64,000 nucleotides of DNA from a virus. How positions within the stretch are numbered: position 1 is the stretch's first letter; the number at the start of each line of letters is the position of its first letter. Location: the IMG/VR virus record IMGVR_UViG_3300030107_001040, positions 37,656 through 101,655 of that record; one strand, written 5' to 3'. Below the pieces are notes generated by a model. That model saw only the letters and a list, made by a program, of their open reading frames with translations. It had not been told where the DNA came from and did no database searches. Made by a program: the position numbers and the translations under genes. Of the stretch, positions 1 to 10,486 are shown piece by piece.

Positions 1-1
1 A

Positions 2-2011
2 GTTCAGGCATCTCCACCAACGACAAGAGTTCAAGGTTACACAGTTGGTGCTAGACAAGATGGCACTGGTGGTAGTGCAGTACCAGATAAGATTAATTGT
101 TTGCTTGTTGCTCAAGGAGCATCTGAAGCATCAACACATTACGCATCTATATCACCTTATGGTCCTAGTGTATCTGGTCTTGCTGCTGGTGTTGCTGGAT
201 CACCACTTCAATATGACAGTGCAACTTATACTATAGGTGGTGTTGCTAACTCAGTTGGTGGATGGTATTTAAATGTTAGTGCAACTAACAACACAATTTA
301 TACTACTCTATCTACTAATACTACTTACAATACAGTCAACTTTACTCCAACAACATTCCTTAAGAGAATACCTGACCCAAGAGACTTACAAGATAGAACT
401 TATCGTGTTAGGTATGTAATTGATAAAGATAAGACTAACCCATTACCAAGAGATCCTATCTCTGGTTATGTATTACAACCATTGAACAGTGATACTACAT
501 CATATAATCTTACTAAGTGTTTCTACATCTATGATATTGAAACGGTTCAGAAGTTTGTAAGAGGATCTACAGATGGTATCTATTATCTAACTCTTCTTTG
601 CGGATCTATTGCACCTTCAACATCTAACTTCAATGATAGGAAGTTCTCACAGAATGTGAACGAAGTTTATCCTACGTTTGACAGAGATAATCCTGTTGCT
701 GATCCTACTGCTGCAACTTCTGTAGCAAATAATGAAACTATTGGATTGGTTAATTCAACTGATGGTGCAACTCCACCAGCATTAGATCCAAAACTTTCTA
801 TTACTAAGGAAGCAATTCAATTTATGTTGCAGGATAGTGGTTGGACTCAACCAGGTACTACTCCAAACTATGATTCCGTTAATGGTAGATTATCTAGTAT
901 TGATTTAACTGCTCGTGCAGGTGATGAGGAAACAAGAAAGATTAATATAAGAGAAAATAATGATGGAACAGTCGCACCTATTAACGTAGAGTTTAGACGA
1001 CATTCAATTCTAAGATCTGGTAACCATACATTTGAGTATCTCGGTTTTGGTCCAGGTAACTACTCAACAGCATTCCCTCAAGCACAGGTTGAAACTTTAG
1101 ATTCTAACCAAGTTAGATTCTCTCAGAGTATTAAAGAGGAAGCGGGTGTTGCATTCTATTCAGGATTGAACTCTCAAGGTGACCTATACATTGGTAACCA
1201 GGTTATTAACCCAGTTACAGGTCAGGTTACTACTGAAGATGTTGCTCAACTTAATGTTGTTGGTGAAGAGAACACAACTATTGAGACTTTCTCTGAATTA
1301 GTATTAACAGATAAATTAACCGTAATTGGTGGTGCATCTAACCAGTTAGAATCTATATTCGCTGGTCCAGTTACATTCCAAGGACAGACAACATTTACTG
1401 GTAATGCTTCTGTTAGAAAATTAACTTATACTAATGCAGATGGTACTGTAATTAAACAGACATTACTTGCACCGAAACTTGCAACTGGTTTACCTGACTT
1501 CTCTAATATCGTAGGATATGATACACCTGCTGATGGTGATTTAGTTTATAATATTAACTGGACACCTGGTGATTCACTTGGTTGGATACACTATAATGGA
1601 AATTGGAAAGAATTTGGTTTAACTGACACTGGTCAAATTAATATTGCTACATTTACTAATGACCAACATATTGGTATTGGAGTAGCAGCATCATCTGGAT
1701 ATAGGGTTGATGTTAATGGTAACGTCAGAGTTGATGGTAACTTAGTTGTTACTGGAACTGGTGGTATTTCCTCTGCAGGATATATTACTAAGTCATACAC
1801 TGGTGATGGATCACAGTTAACATTTGCTGTGACTACTTACGGTGGTGGCATTAAGCACACTGCAAGTTCGTTGTTAGTGTCCTTAAATGGTGTTGTGCAA
1901 ATTGCAGGAACAAATTATACCGTTGACACTAATGGTGCTAACGTTGTATTTGGCTCTGGTGATGCACCACTGGCAACAGACGTAGTTCACATCCTAGAGA
2001 TGCCTATATAA
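2..2011 (+). CDS. Large tail fibre/structural protein, C-terminal part (5' truncated by window)
   Basis: Frame of ORF 101..2011 is open back to base 2. Contains the 'RRHSILRSGNHTFEYLGFGPGNYSTAFP' segment typical of cyanomyovirus fibre proteins and a C-terminal 'YTGDGSQLTF...VSLNGVVQ..GTNYT' repeat. Confidence 0.75.
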   Translation, partial: VQASPPTTRVQGYTVGARQDGTGGSAVPDKINCLLVAQGASEASTHYASISPYGPSVSGLAAGVAGSPLQYDSATYTIGGVANSVGGWYLNVSATNNTIYTTLSTNTTYNTVNFTPTTFLKRIPDPRDLQDRTYRVRYVIDKDKTNPLPRDPISGYVLQPLNSDTTSYNLTKCFYIYDIETVQKFVRGSTDGIYYLTLLCGSIAPSTSNFNDRKFSQNVNEVYPTFDRDNPVADPTAATSVANNETIGLVNSTDGATPPALDPKLSITKEAIQFMLQDSGWTQPGTTPNYDSVNGRLSSIDLTARAGDEETRKINIRENNDGTVAPINVEFRRHSILRSGNHTFEYLGFGPGNYSTAFPQAQVETLDSNQVRFSQSIKEEAGVAFYSGLNSQGDLYIGNQVINPVTGQVTTEDVAQLNVVGEENTTIETFSELVLTDKLTVIGGASNQLESIFAGPVTFQGQTTFTGNASVRKLTYTNADGTVIKQTLLAPKLATGLPDFSNIVGYDTPADGDLVYNINWTPGDSLGWIHYNGNWKEFGLTDTGQINIATFTNDQHIGIGVAASSGYRVDVNGNVRVDGNLVVTGTGGISSAGYITKSYTGDGSQLTFAVTTYGGGIKHTASSLLVSLNGVVQIAGTNYTVDTNGANVVFGSGDAPLATDVVHILEMPI

Positions 2012-2032
2012 AAAGGAGGAAACTAAAGCAAT

Positions 2033-2449
2033 ATGGCAATTTCAAAGATTAGTGGAAATCAAATTTCTACTTCCACATCCGCAATCATTACTACTTTAAG
2101 TTTCTTAAACACGAATAGTGTTTTGAAGATTCCTACAGGTACTACAGCACAACGTCCAACGGGTGTTAGTGTTGGAACAATGCGTTTTAACTCATCAACA
2201 GACGCAGCAGAAATTTATAAAGCAGATGATGGAACTGGTAGTGCTGGATGGGCTTCAGTTTCTGGTGGAGGACCATCTTTAGGAGATAAGTCTGTCATTA
2301 GAACTAATGCAGCAACAATAGCAGAGAATATTACGGTTGGACCAACCGCAGGAGCAGAATTTGCAAACGGAATGAGTGCAGGTCCGATAACAATTAACTC
2401 AGGTTTCACAGTAACAGTAGAATCTGGTGGAGCATGGAGTATTAGATAA
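2033..2449 (+). CDS. Small tail-fibre-associated structural protein
   Basis: Has the 'IPTGTTAQRP...GTMRFN' motif shared with the downstream fibre genes; SD AGGAGG upstream. Confidence 0.7.
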   Translation: MAISKISGNQISTSTSAIITTLSFLNTNSVLKIPTGTTAQRPTGVSVGTMRFNSSTDAAEIYKADDGTGSAGWASVSGGGPSLGDKSVIRTNAATIAENITVGPTAGAEFANGMSAGPITINSGFTVTVESGGAWSIR

Positions 2450-3339
2450 TGAAACTCAATGTCGGTCAAATACAAGGCTTGTCTGGCAACAGTTTCAATG
2501 TCACAATACCAGATAATACAGCACTAGAATTTAATGGGAGTTCGTTGAGGATTTTAAATCCTGCTACGGGTTCCTTTCCTTGTCCTAATGGGACAGCAGC
2601 AGAATGGGATGCTAACGAAAGAGAGAAACAACATAAACCTTACATAGATGGTCAGATAAGATTTAATGCTGACACTAATGGATTACAGTGTTACTATAAT
2701 GGTCAGTGGATGGTTGCTTCTACTGATTCTTCAAATCCAGGAGACAGTCAAGATAATCCTGCAGCAAGTGGAACTGCAATTAAAGATGCTGGAAAACCAA
2801 GTGGTCTTTATTGGATTAAACCTAATAGTGGTTCAACTGCATACGAGATGTATGTTGACACAACTAGAAATGGTGGTGGATGGGTATTAGTTGCTAGAGT
2901 TACTACAGCAAGTTGTCAGGCACACATGACCACTTCAGCAGTTGGTGTATCTGGAACTACTGGTCCTAGGTTAACTAATACCTCAACAGTTAAGATGTCA
3001 GATAGTTGGATAAATGAACTAAGGACTGCTTCTCCTTATACTGGTTCAACACGTTGGTGGCTTGAAGCAGATGGATGGAATAAGGATATGTTTGTTGATT
3101 CTGCTGCAACAATGGATGGTTTATCCAGTGCATCTAACCAGAATGAAAGAACAAGAGTATCTACTTCATACGAAGGAACTATAAGTGATCAAGGTCCGAA
3201 TACTGGTACTAGAGGATTTGGTGACCACCATACAAACAGTACATATTTTGCTTGGGGTAGACACCCTGAACAGAATAACAACTGTGGATTCCGTCAGGAT
3301 AGTTTAGGTTCTTCTAACGGATACCTGTGGCTTAAATAA
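2449..3339 (+). CDS. Fibre/adhesin with fibrinogen-like C-terminal domain
   Basis: 'SGLYWIKP...YEMYVDTTRNGGGWVLVAR' is the fibrinogen-related domain N-terminal signature. Confidence 0.7.
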   Translation: MKLNVGQIQGLSGNSFNVTIPDNTALEFNGSSLRILNPATGSFPCPNGTAAEWDANEREKQHKPYIDGQIRFNADTNGLQCYYNGQWMVASTDSSNPGDSQDNPAASGTAIKDAGKPSGLYWIKPNSGSTAYEMYVDTTRNGGGWVLVARVTTASCQAHMTTSAVGVSGTTGPRLTNTSTVKMSDSWINELRTASPYTGSTRWWLEADGWNKDMFVDSAATMDGLSSASNQNERTRVSTSYEGTISDQGPNTGTRGFGDHHTNSTYFAWGRHPEQNNNCGFRQDSLGSSNGYLWLK

Positions 3340-3360
3340 ATATAGAAAAGTAGTAATCTT

Positions 3361-4317
3361 ATGAGTCAATTACAAACTGGTGGATTAGGAGGAATCGCTC
3401 AAACACTGAATCAAGTTACAGTTCCCGCAGGACATAATTTGGTAATTGATGGTGATATACTTCATCATAATGGTAATGGAGCATTTACGATTCCTGCTGG
3501 TACAACAGCCCAGAGACCAGGAAGTCCAAATAGGGGCGATATGAGATTTAATACTTCTGATGATGCTCTTGAAGTTTGGACTGGAACTGATTGGAAACAA
3601 TATGGTATTGCTTTAGGTACTAGTTCTGGTAATCCTGCAGAATCTGCTGCTGCTATTCTTGCTAATGATGCTAGTGCAACTGATGGTGTTTACTGGTTAA
3701 GTCATTCAGGAGGATCGGGAGCATATCAAGCATATTGTGATATGAGTAATGGTGGTTATATATTAGTTGGTAAGGTATCATCTTCACCTGCTGATACATC
3801 TAACCCTTGGTCATATAGTGGAGCAAGATGGACTGCAACTTCACCTCATAGTGAAGATGGTTGTCAGAGTACTGGTGCTGGTGATTCCCTAAATAGAGGG
3901 TATTATGAACATACTCTTGCCACAGGATTTAGATTTTCTATGAATACAGTTGGTAATGTTCTTTCAGTAGCAAGGACGGGAGTTACTCCTAGACAAGCAT
4001 TTACTGGAGCAGCATACAACACTAATAAGAGTAGAAGTGATTTTCTAAACTGGATACCTAATAGTAGTAGTGAGTGGAACAACCAACCTCATTGTAATAG
4101 AAACGGTTTTAACAGAACTGACTCTAGTGGTAGTGCTATGAGATATGGTCATACTATGAACAATGAGAATGAGTGTAACTCTAACGATTCTGCTATTGGA
4201 TTTGGTTGTTATACTAATAGCCAAAGTAGCAGTGGTGATAGAAATTGTGCTTGCGGTGGTTTCCGATGGAATGGAACTACAAGATGGGCATACAACGGTT
4301 GGATTTGGGTTAAGTAA
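3361..4317 (+). CDS. Fibre/adhesin with fibrinogen-like C-terminal domain
   Basis: 'DGVYWL...AYCDMSNGGYILVGK' plus the shared 'IPAGTTAQRP...GDMRFN' motif; Cys-rich C-terminus. Confidence 0.7.
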   Translation: MSQLQTGGLGGIAQTLNQVTVPAGHNLVIDGDILHHNGNGAFTIPAGTTAQRPGSPNRGDMRFNTSDDALEVWTGTDWKQYGIALGTSSGNPAESAAAILANDASATDGVYWLSHSGGSGAYQAYCDMSNGGYILVGKVSSSPADTSNPWSYSGARWTATSPHSEDGCQSTGAGDSLNRGYYEHTLATGFRFSMNTVGNVLSVARTGVTPRQAFTGAAYNTNKSRSDFLNWIPNSSSEWNNQPHCNRNGFNRTDSSGSAMRYGHTMNNENECNSNDSAIGFGCYTNSQSSSGDRNCACGGFRWNGTTRWAYNGWIWVK

Positions 4318-4319
4318 CT

Positions 4320-5222
4320 ATGAGTATTATACGTGTAGGAACAATAGAAGGAACTTCTGATACTGACTATCATATTCAGATGGAATCTACTGCTGATATT
4401 AAAGTAGAGGGTGGATTAACTGTTGCAGATAGAGCGCAAGTTACTATCCCTGTAGGAACTGAGGCACAAAGACCAGGTACTCCTGCTGCTGGAATGATAA
4501 GAGTAAATACAGAGAATGATGGTGCATTTGAAGTTTATACTGGATCAGGATGGGCTCCAATACTAACACCACCACCACCCCCTGAAACTGGAGGCGGCGG
4601 TGGCGGCGGCGGAGGACCAGAAATAGGTTCTAATGGTAATCCTGCTACAAGTGGTATGGCATTATTAGCAGCAGGTAAGACCAGTGGAATATATTGGGTG
4701 AAACCTGGAAGTGAATCAGCATACGAAATGTATTATAATGGTAGTGATAACGGTGGAGGATGGATACTTTGTGCTCGTGTAAGAACTAATACTTGTCAGG
4801 ATCATGTAAATAATGGTGCTGTTCGTATCAGTGGAACTACTGGTCCGAGGACTGGAGACACTGATACATCAAAAATGCCAGATAGTTGGATCAATGCTTT
4901 GCGTTCAGCATCAACATATACTGGTCCTACTGCATATTGGTTAGAAGCAGATGGTTGGGGTGCAAATATGTTTGTTGACTCTAATGCTACTGTTGATTTA
5001 GTATCTTCTGCTAGTAATCAAAACGAAAGGACAAGAGTAACTACTTCATATGAAGGTGGTTTAAGTGATAGAGGTCCGAACTCTGGTACTAGAGGATTTG
5101 GTGACCACCATACTTCTGGTAATACATACTATGCGTGGGCTAGACACCCAGAGCAAGGTAATAATTGCGGATTTAGATCTGATGCTAGAGGTGCCTCACA
5201 TGGCAGACTCTGGGTTAAATAA
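4320..5222 (+). CDS. Fibre/adhesin with fibrinogen-like domain, paralogue of 2449..3339
   Basis: C-terminal ~200 aa closely match 2449..3339 (e.g. 'SASNQNERTRV.TSYEG..SD.GPN.GTRGFGDHHT'); PPPPP-GGGGGGGG hinge. Confidence 0.72.
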   Translation: MSIIRVGTIEGTSDTDYHIQMESTADIKVEGGLTVADRAQVTIPVGTEAQRPGTPAAGMIRVNTENDGAFEVYTGSGWAPILTPPPPPETGGGGGGGGGPEIGSNGNPATSGMALLAAGKTSGIYWVKPGSESAYEMYYNGSDNGGGWILCARVRTNTCQDHVNNGAVRISGTTGPRTGDTDTSKMPDSWINALRSASTYTGPTAYWLEADGWGANMFVDSNATVDLVSSASNQNERTRVTTSYEGGLSDRGPNSGTRGFGDHHTSGNTYYAWARHPEQGNNCGFRSDARGASHGRLWVK

Positions 5223-5230
5223 TATAAATA
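5223..5230 (+). promoter_or_regulatory. T4-type late promoter (TATAAATA)
   Basis: Exact gp55 consensus in the intergenic gap before the structural gene at 5254. Confidence 0.7.
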
Positions 5231-5253
5231 ACTAACAAAAGACAGTTGCAACA

Positions 5254-6441
5254 ATGTCAGAAATAAGAGTTGATAAAATCAAAGGAACTAATGTCGGAGC
5301 TGGTGGCAAGGACATTCAGTTTGATGGTAGTGGTAATATAGTATATACTGGCAACTTGAGCAGTGTCGGAACTATTACAGCATCAAACGCTACACTTTCT
5401 ACACTATTAACAATTCCCAACTATGCTACTGCTAGTTTACCTGCTAGCCCTGCTGTTGGAACTATAGCGTATGATACTGATGAAACAGTAATGAAAGTAT
5501 ACACTGGATCTGATAATGGATGGGTCGGTGTAGGATCTGCTGCTGGTGGTGCAGCAACTGGAAGTGGAGGAAACGTAACAACTTCTGGTGGATATACCAT
5601 ACACCAATTTACAGGTAATGGAACATTTACTGTTGCAGGAGCATCTGGTTTAACTGTTGACGTTCTTCTCGTAGGAGGAGGTGGAGGCGGTGGAACCCGT
5701 AATGCTGGTCCTAATACTGGTGGAACTGATGGAGGTTCTGGTGGTGGTGCTGGAGGATGGGTTCAAGTTTCTGGACAAACTCTTGCAGAAGGAAGTTTCC
5801 CAGTCAATGTTGGTGGTGGAGGAACTGGATATAATAATCCAGGTCAACAACAACATGGAACCTCTGGTAGTCCATCAACCTTTAATGGTCTTGTAGCATA
5901 CGGTGGAGGTTGGGGTGCATCTGGACCTGGCAACCGACCTGGTGGACAAGGCGGATCAGGCGGTGGAGCAGGAGGAGGCGGTGGTTCACCTGGACAAGGT
6001 GGACAAGCAACTCAACCTGGCGCACCTGGTCAATCAGGTTCTAATGGTCATGGTCACGATGGTGGTCCTAATCCTAACCAAGCACCTTACACTGGATCTG
6101 GTGGAGGTGGTGCTGGCGGTGGCGGAGCACAAGGAGGTAACTCACGTCAAGCACCTGGAGGAAGTGGACGTGCTAGTACATATTCTGGCAGTTCAGTAAC
6201 CTACGCTGGTGGTGGCGGAGGTGGAGGTGGTTATCCTTCACCAACTAGAGGTGGTAACGGTGGACCTGGTGGCGGTGGTCATGGTGGTTCTTCACCTCAA
6301 AGATCAGGAGATGGTAGAGGTGGTAATGGATCTGGAAACCGTGGCGGCGGTGGAGGAGGCGGTGCAGGAAGCAGTTGGCCTCAAGGTGGTGCTGGACAAG
6401 GTGGATCTGGTATCGTTGTTATTCGCTATCCAACCCCTTAA
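5254..6441 (+). CDS. Glycine-rich tail fibre/spike protein
   Basis: 'YTIHQFTGNGTF..VDVLLVGGGGGGG...GGSGIVVIRY' is the Gly-rich (polyglycine-type) phage fibre domain. Confidence 0.75.
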   Translation: MSEIRVDKIKGTNVGAGGKDIQFDGSGNIVYTGNLSSVGTITASNATLSTLLTIPNYATASLPASPAVGTIAYDTDETVMKVYTGSDNGWVGVGSAAGGAATGSGGNVTTSGGYTIHQFTGNGTFTVAGASGLTVDVLLVGGGGGGGTRNAGPNTGGTDGGSGGGAGGWVQVSGQTLAEGSFPVNVGGGGTGYNNPGQQQHGTSGSPSTFNGLVAYGGGWGASGPGNRPGGQGGSGGGAGGGGGSPGQGGQATQPGAPGQSGSNGHGHDGGPNPNQAPYTGSGGGGAGGGGAQGGNSRQAPGGSGRASTYSGSSVTYAGGGGGGGGYPSPTRGGNGGPGGGGHGGSSPQRSGDGRGGNGSGNRGGGGGGGAGSSWPQGGAGQGGSGIVVIRYPTP

Positions 6442-8045
6442 ATTAAGACTTCATAGTCAGGAAAATATATATGATCTATTTCAGAATCTTGTAAGGTTCT
6501 GACAGCATCTTCAGGAGTTTCTACAATACATTTACCAGCAAGGTTAAATGATGTATTGAATAACACAGGAACTCCTGTTTTTTCATGGAATTTTTTAATT
6601 AGATCATAGAAATGTTTGTTCTGTTCTCTAGTTACTGTCTGAACCCTACATGTAGAATCGATGTGAGTGATTCCAGGTAAATTTTTGGTCAATGTACTTA
6701 CAGCATACATCATAAAAGGACTTTCTTTTAGTCCACGCATATCAAAATATTCATCTGCATACTCTTGTAACACTGCACCAGCAAAGGGTCTAAAGTGTTC
6801 TCTCTTTTTAATTCTGTTTATCTTATCCTTTGCATTAGGATCACGTGGATCATATAGTATAGATCTATTACCTAATGCTCTTGGTCCTGCTTCAGATCTC
6901 TTTTGGAATATAGCAACAACCTTTCCATCTACTAATAGATCAGCAACTTCATCAACAGTAGTAGACCATAGGTTTGGTAGGAAACCAACTTCTCTTTCTG
7001 GTCCTAGGTATAGACTGGTGAGTTTTCTTTTAGTAGTATCACCCGTTTCTTTATGCCACATGTATTTGGCAGCACCAATAGATGTTCCTGCATCACTTGA
7101 TACTGGTTCAATATAAAGGTTCACATCTTTAGGAAGGATACTTAGATAATAATAGTTTGCTACACAATTAAGAAAGAAACCACCAGACAGACATACGTTT
7201 TTCTGTCCAGTTAATCTAATCATATCTAAGATGTATTGTCCTACATGTTCTTGTGTTTGTTTCTGTAGAGTATAGGCAAGATCACACTTACTTTGAAAAT
7301 CTAGTACAGTATAATTGACCCCAGTTTCGAGCAATGTACTTCCAATGTAGAATATTTCATTGTTTATGAAACCATCCTTGTATATTTCTATTGGTAATTC
7401 CTTTCCATAAGATGCCATACCCATTACCTTTCCAGCATCTAGTTCATGGAAACCATATAGCATGGAGAGTTTCTGAAATGCTAATGCTTCTCCAATATTA
7501 TTGGATATAACTAACTCATCAAACCTATTGTTTGCTTCAAATGGTACAGCAACATGCTTGTCAACAGTTACAAAATCTGCTGGATATGATCCAATATATG
7601 TTGTTGTTAGTTCTCTTCCATAGGTTCCTTTCATAAAATGATCTCCTATTAAAGGATAGTCAGAACCCATACCATCCTTTACAATACATAATGCTTCATC
7701 AAATCCAGAGTTATAGAAGGCATGAGCAGCATGTAACTTATGATGTGATAGAGAGAGATCGTGAACCTTTGTATCGTATTTGTTTTCTTTTGTTTTTACA
7801 TATAAACTATAAGCATCATCATCAATAAAACAATCTGCTGGAGTCAGTTTACCAACACCAGCAATACATATATTATCTAAGTCACTTGTATCTAATTTCT
7901 GAAGACATTGGAAAGGAAAACCATCATATTTTCTACCCGATAGTCTCTCGTTCTCTAGGTGGTAGACAAATTCACCATTCTGTAGTAGAGTGGTAGCAGA
8001 GTTATGGACACGACTTATTCCTAAATTTCTCACGTTCTTATTCAT
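6438..8045 (-). CDS. Carbamoyltransferase, NodU/CmcH/TobZ family
   Basis: Motifs 'HNSA', 'ENERLSGRKYD', 'HHKLHAAHAFY', 'GKVMGMASYG', 'SGGFFLNCVAN', 'GPRALGNRSIL', 'KKREHFRPFA', 'RVQTV', 'NTSFNLAG'. Confidence 0.92.
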   Translation of the reverse strand: MNKNVRNLGISRVHNSATTLLQNGEFVYHLENERLSGRKYDGFPFQCLQKLDTSDLDNICIAGVGKLTPADCFIDDDAYSLYVKTKENKYDTKVHDLSLSHHKLHAAHAFYNSGFDEALCIVKDGMGSDYPLIGDHFMKGTYGRELTTTYIGSYPADFVTVDKHVAVPFEANNRFDELVISNNIGEALAFQKLSMLYGFHELDAGKVMGMASYGKELPIEIYKDGFINNEIFYIGSTLLETGVNYTVLDFQSKCDLAYTLQKQTQEHVGQYILDMIRLTGQKNVCLSGGFFLNCVANYYYLSILPKDVNLYIEPVSSDAGTSIGAAKYMWHKETGDTTKRKLTSLYLGPEREVGFLPNLWSTTVDEVADLLVDGKVVAIFQKRSEAGPRALGNRSILYDPRDPNAKDKINRIKKREHFRPFAGAVLQEYADEYFDMRGLKESPFMMYAVSTLTKNLPGITHIDSTCRVQTVTREQNKHFYDLIKKFHEKTGVPVLFNTSFNLAGKCIVETPEDAVRTLQDSEIDHIYFPDYEVLI

Positions 8046-8076
8046 AACTACATAATTATAACACGAATTTTTTAAT

Positions 8077-8631
8077 ATGGCATATCAGACAATGTGGTTT
8101 GATACTGAGATACCAGAAGACCTCGTTGATATTATAGAGAGGGAGATCAGTCATTATGAGGATAAATCTAATGCTGCTTCAATTTCTAGTGGTATAGATA
8201 AAGAGATCAGAGATAGTAGAACTGCTTGGATCAGTGACAACCATTGGGTACCTGGTCTTTGTATGTCCTATATTTTAAAGGCAAACAAGGACAATTTCCA
8301 GTATGATATTACTGGTATAGATGGTGGTGAGATGCAATACACTATCTATGAGGAAGGTATGTTTTATGATTGGCATCAAGATGCTGGTGTTGAAGCATTA
8401 GAAAATGATGCAGTAAGAAAGTTATCAATCATTCTTCAGTTGTCTAATCCTGAAGATTATGAGGGTGGAGAAGTGGAACTAATAAATGAATCAGGTAATC
8501 CATATTTCGTTCCTAAGAAGCGTGGAACATTAATTGTATTTGATAGTAGAACTAAGCATAGGGTTAAGGAAGTCTTTAGTGGTAAGAGGAAATCATTAGT
8601 CGGATGGGTTGTTGGACCTAGGTGGAAGTAA
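8077..8631 (+). CDS. 2OG-Fe(II) oxygenase (PKHD/prolyl-hydroxylase-like)
   Basis: HxD in 'WHQD', 'RKLS', 'YEGGE', distal His in 'HRVKEV', and 'RKSLVGW'. Confidence 0.88.
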   Translation: MAYQTMWFDTEIPEDLVDIIEREISHYEDKSNAASISSGIDKEIRDSRTAWISDNHWVPGLCMSYILKANKDNFQYDITGIDGGEMQYTIYEEGMFYDWHQDAGVEALENDAVRKLSIILQLSNPEDYEGGEVELINESGNPYFVPKKRGTLIVFDSRTKHRVKEVFSGKRKSLVGWVVGPRWK

Positions 8632-9167
8632 TGTTTCATATTCCTTTATACCATTATAAAGTTCAGGACTGGGAGCGAAAGCAAGATAAATTACTTGATT
8701 TGTATTGTGACATTGCTTCAGACTTAGAGAACTGTAATGATGAGTTGTCTGACGTTTATACTGACTACTTTAATAACTATGGTAAGACTAGATATAAGAA
8801 TTTTGTTGTTGATATATTACGTGATGAACTAGGTAGGTTTCAAGATGAGGAACAGTTATACAAACCATTTGTAGATGAGATGTGGATACAGAAATATGTT
8901 GAAGGATCTTTCCATACTCCTCATAATCATGGTCAATTAGGATTTAGTTCAGTATTATACGTTAAATTTGATGCCAATGTACATACTCCTACACGATTTA
9001 TTGCACCATTCCCCGATATTCGTGGTAATATATTAGAGCATTCACCAGAAGTAGAAGAAGGATCTATAGTATTTTTTCCATCCATGTTACACCATTACGT
9101 CTTACCAAATGAAGCAAAAGATGTTAGAATAATACTCTCCATGAATATTCGGGAGGGTAAAGACTAA
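8622..9167 (+). CDS. Putative 2OG-Fe(II) oxygenase (TIGR02466-like)
   Basis: 'WIQKY...HTPHNH...FSSVLY...FFPSMLHHYV...RIILSMN'. Confidence 0.8.
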   Translation: MEVMFHIPLYHYKVQDWERKQDKLLDLYCDIASDLENCNDELSDVYTDYFNNYGKTRYKNFVVDILRDELGRFQDEEQLYKPFVDEMWIQKYVEGSFHTPHNHGQLGFSSVLYVKFDANVHTPTRFIAPFPDIRGNILEHSPEVEEGSIVFFPSMLHHYVLPNEAKDVRIILSMNIREGKD

Positions 9168-9748
9168 TGCAGATAGAGAAAGGTCAATGGAGTTTGATCC
9201 AACTGAATAACCTAGTTGATGTTCGTGGTATTGTTGAAGAACCCCCAAAAGATAGAGGTAAGTTTGGATATGATAAGAAAGGACGGTTAAACTCTTGGAT
9301 AGAGGAAGGACAAGTAGCAGGTAGTCTTGCTAGATATAATCATCCTAAGTTTAAAGAACTTCATACATGTGTTATGGAGATGGTTGAACAGGTAATCCAT
9401 GAGAAATTATATCCAACATATTATTTTGATAGATTCTATTTTAGAGGACAAGAATTAAAGAGACATAGTGATAGAGGTTCATGTGAGATTAGCGTCTCTA
9501 TGCACATATCAACTAATGCAAAATACCCTTGGCCGATATACTTTGAAGTAGACAATACCGTAAAAGAATTAACATGTAAACCTGGAGATGCGATACTATA
9601 TAAAGGGTGTGAGTTAGATCATTGGAGAGAACCTTTAAAAGGTCCATCTGATACTTACTTTCACCAAATATTCTTCCATTATGTTAGGGCAAATGGTTAT
9701 TACCTACAACATGCCTATGACACATGTGTAGAAGATACTGCTAAATAG
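9167..9748 (+). CDS. Putative 2OG-Fe(II) oxygenase
   Basis: 'LKRHSDRGSCEIS...PGDAILYKGCELDHWRE...QIFFHYV'. Confidence 0.78.
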   Translation: MQIEKGQWSLIQLNNLVDVRGIVEEPPKDRGKFGYDKKGRLNSWIEEGQVAGSLARYNHPKFKELHTCVMEMVEQVIHEKLYPTYYFDRFYFRGQELKRHSDRGSCEISVSMHISTNAKYPWPIYFEVDNTVKELTCKPGDAILYKGCELDHWREPLKGPSDTYFHQIFFHYVRANGYYLQHAYDTCVEDTAK

Positions 9749-9771
9749 TACTATTAAAAGACCCGATTTCG

Positions 9772-10140
9772 ATGGCACATTACGCACAATTAGATGAAAA
9801 TAACAATGTCATTTCTGTCCGTCTTTTGGATGATTTCTATGAAATGAATGACATTGGGGAACTAGATGAAGAGAAGGCAATCTGCCTTCTTCAAAAGGAG
9901 AATGGTAGAGAAACCATTTGGAAGAAAACTTCATATAGTGGAAAAACGAGAGGCAAGTTTGCTTCTGTAGGTGGAACATACCATGCAGCAACAGATGAGT
10001 TTAGAGATCCTAAACCATACAAAAGTTGGGTGTATGATGATGACGCAAACCAATGGAAACCACCAATTCCAAGACCAGGAGTCTTATGGGATTGGGATGA
10101 GGAAAATTTAAAATGGGTTGAGGAAGAACAAGACACATGA
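9772..10140 (+). CDS. Conserved phage protein, probable tail-fibre accessory
   Basis: 'MAHYAQLDENN.V...WKKTSY...FASVG.TY...F..PKPY.SW....WKPPIPRP...WDE' family, usually seen near Gly-rich fibre genes. Confidence 0.6.
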   Translation: MAHYAQLDENNNVISVRLLDDFYEMNDIGELDEEKAICLLQKENGRETIWKKTSYSGKTRGKFASVGGTYHAATDEFRDPKPYKSWVYDDDANQWKPPIPRPGVLWDWDEENLKWVEEEQDT

Positions 10141-10478
10141 AACCAGTTTATGAATGGGTCGCATTTGACTCAGCGATTTCGTTATTAAGACCTAAAGCAA
10201 AATGGTCATTAAATCATGGAACTCTTGAGTGGCAAGATCCTAGACCAATGCCAACATTAGAAGAAATCCAAGATACCATTAAAAAGATTAAAGATTTTGA
10301 AGAGAGTATAGATTATATTCTCTTACCAGAGCAACAGGAAGAACAACCTGATCTTGCTCAAGAAGATGTGACTCATGGTATTAAACCTTATGATGATTCT
10401 GACATGTCAGGAGGTGGACCAGATGGATTACAAGGTAAGAGTGGAGTTCCACCAACAGGGTGGCATGTTCCACAATAG
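10137..10478 (+). CDS. XkdW-like tail assembly protein
   Basis: 'AISLLRPKAKWSL....LEWQDPRPMPTLEEI' pattern; lies in the fibre locus. Confidence 0.5.
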   Translation: MKPVYEWVAFDSAISLLRPKAKWSLNHGTLEWQDPRPMPTLEEIQDTIKKIKDFEESIDYILLPEQQEEQPDLAQEDVTHGIKPYDDSDMSGGGPDGLQGKSGVPPTGWHVPQ

Positions 10479-10486
10479 TATAAATA
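10479..10486 (+). promoter_or_regulatory. T4-type late promoter (TATAAATA)
   Basis: Exact consensus 25 nt upstream of the tail-collar gene; SD AAGGAG follows. Confidence 0.7.

Noticed and set aside
3140-5180. Diversity-generating retroelement template/variable repeat pair between the two fibrinogen-like genes
   Set aside because: Mismatches are not adenine-specific and many are synonymous; both copies are coding; there is no reverse transcriptase in the window.
5650-6441. Collagen-like protein
   Set aside because: Gly runs are GGG/GGx polyglycine type, not a sustained Gly-X-Y register.
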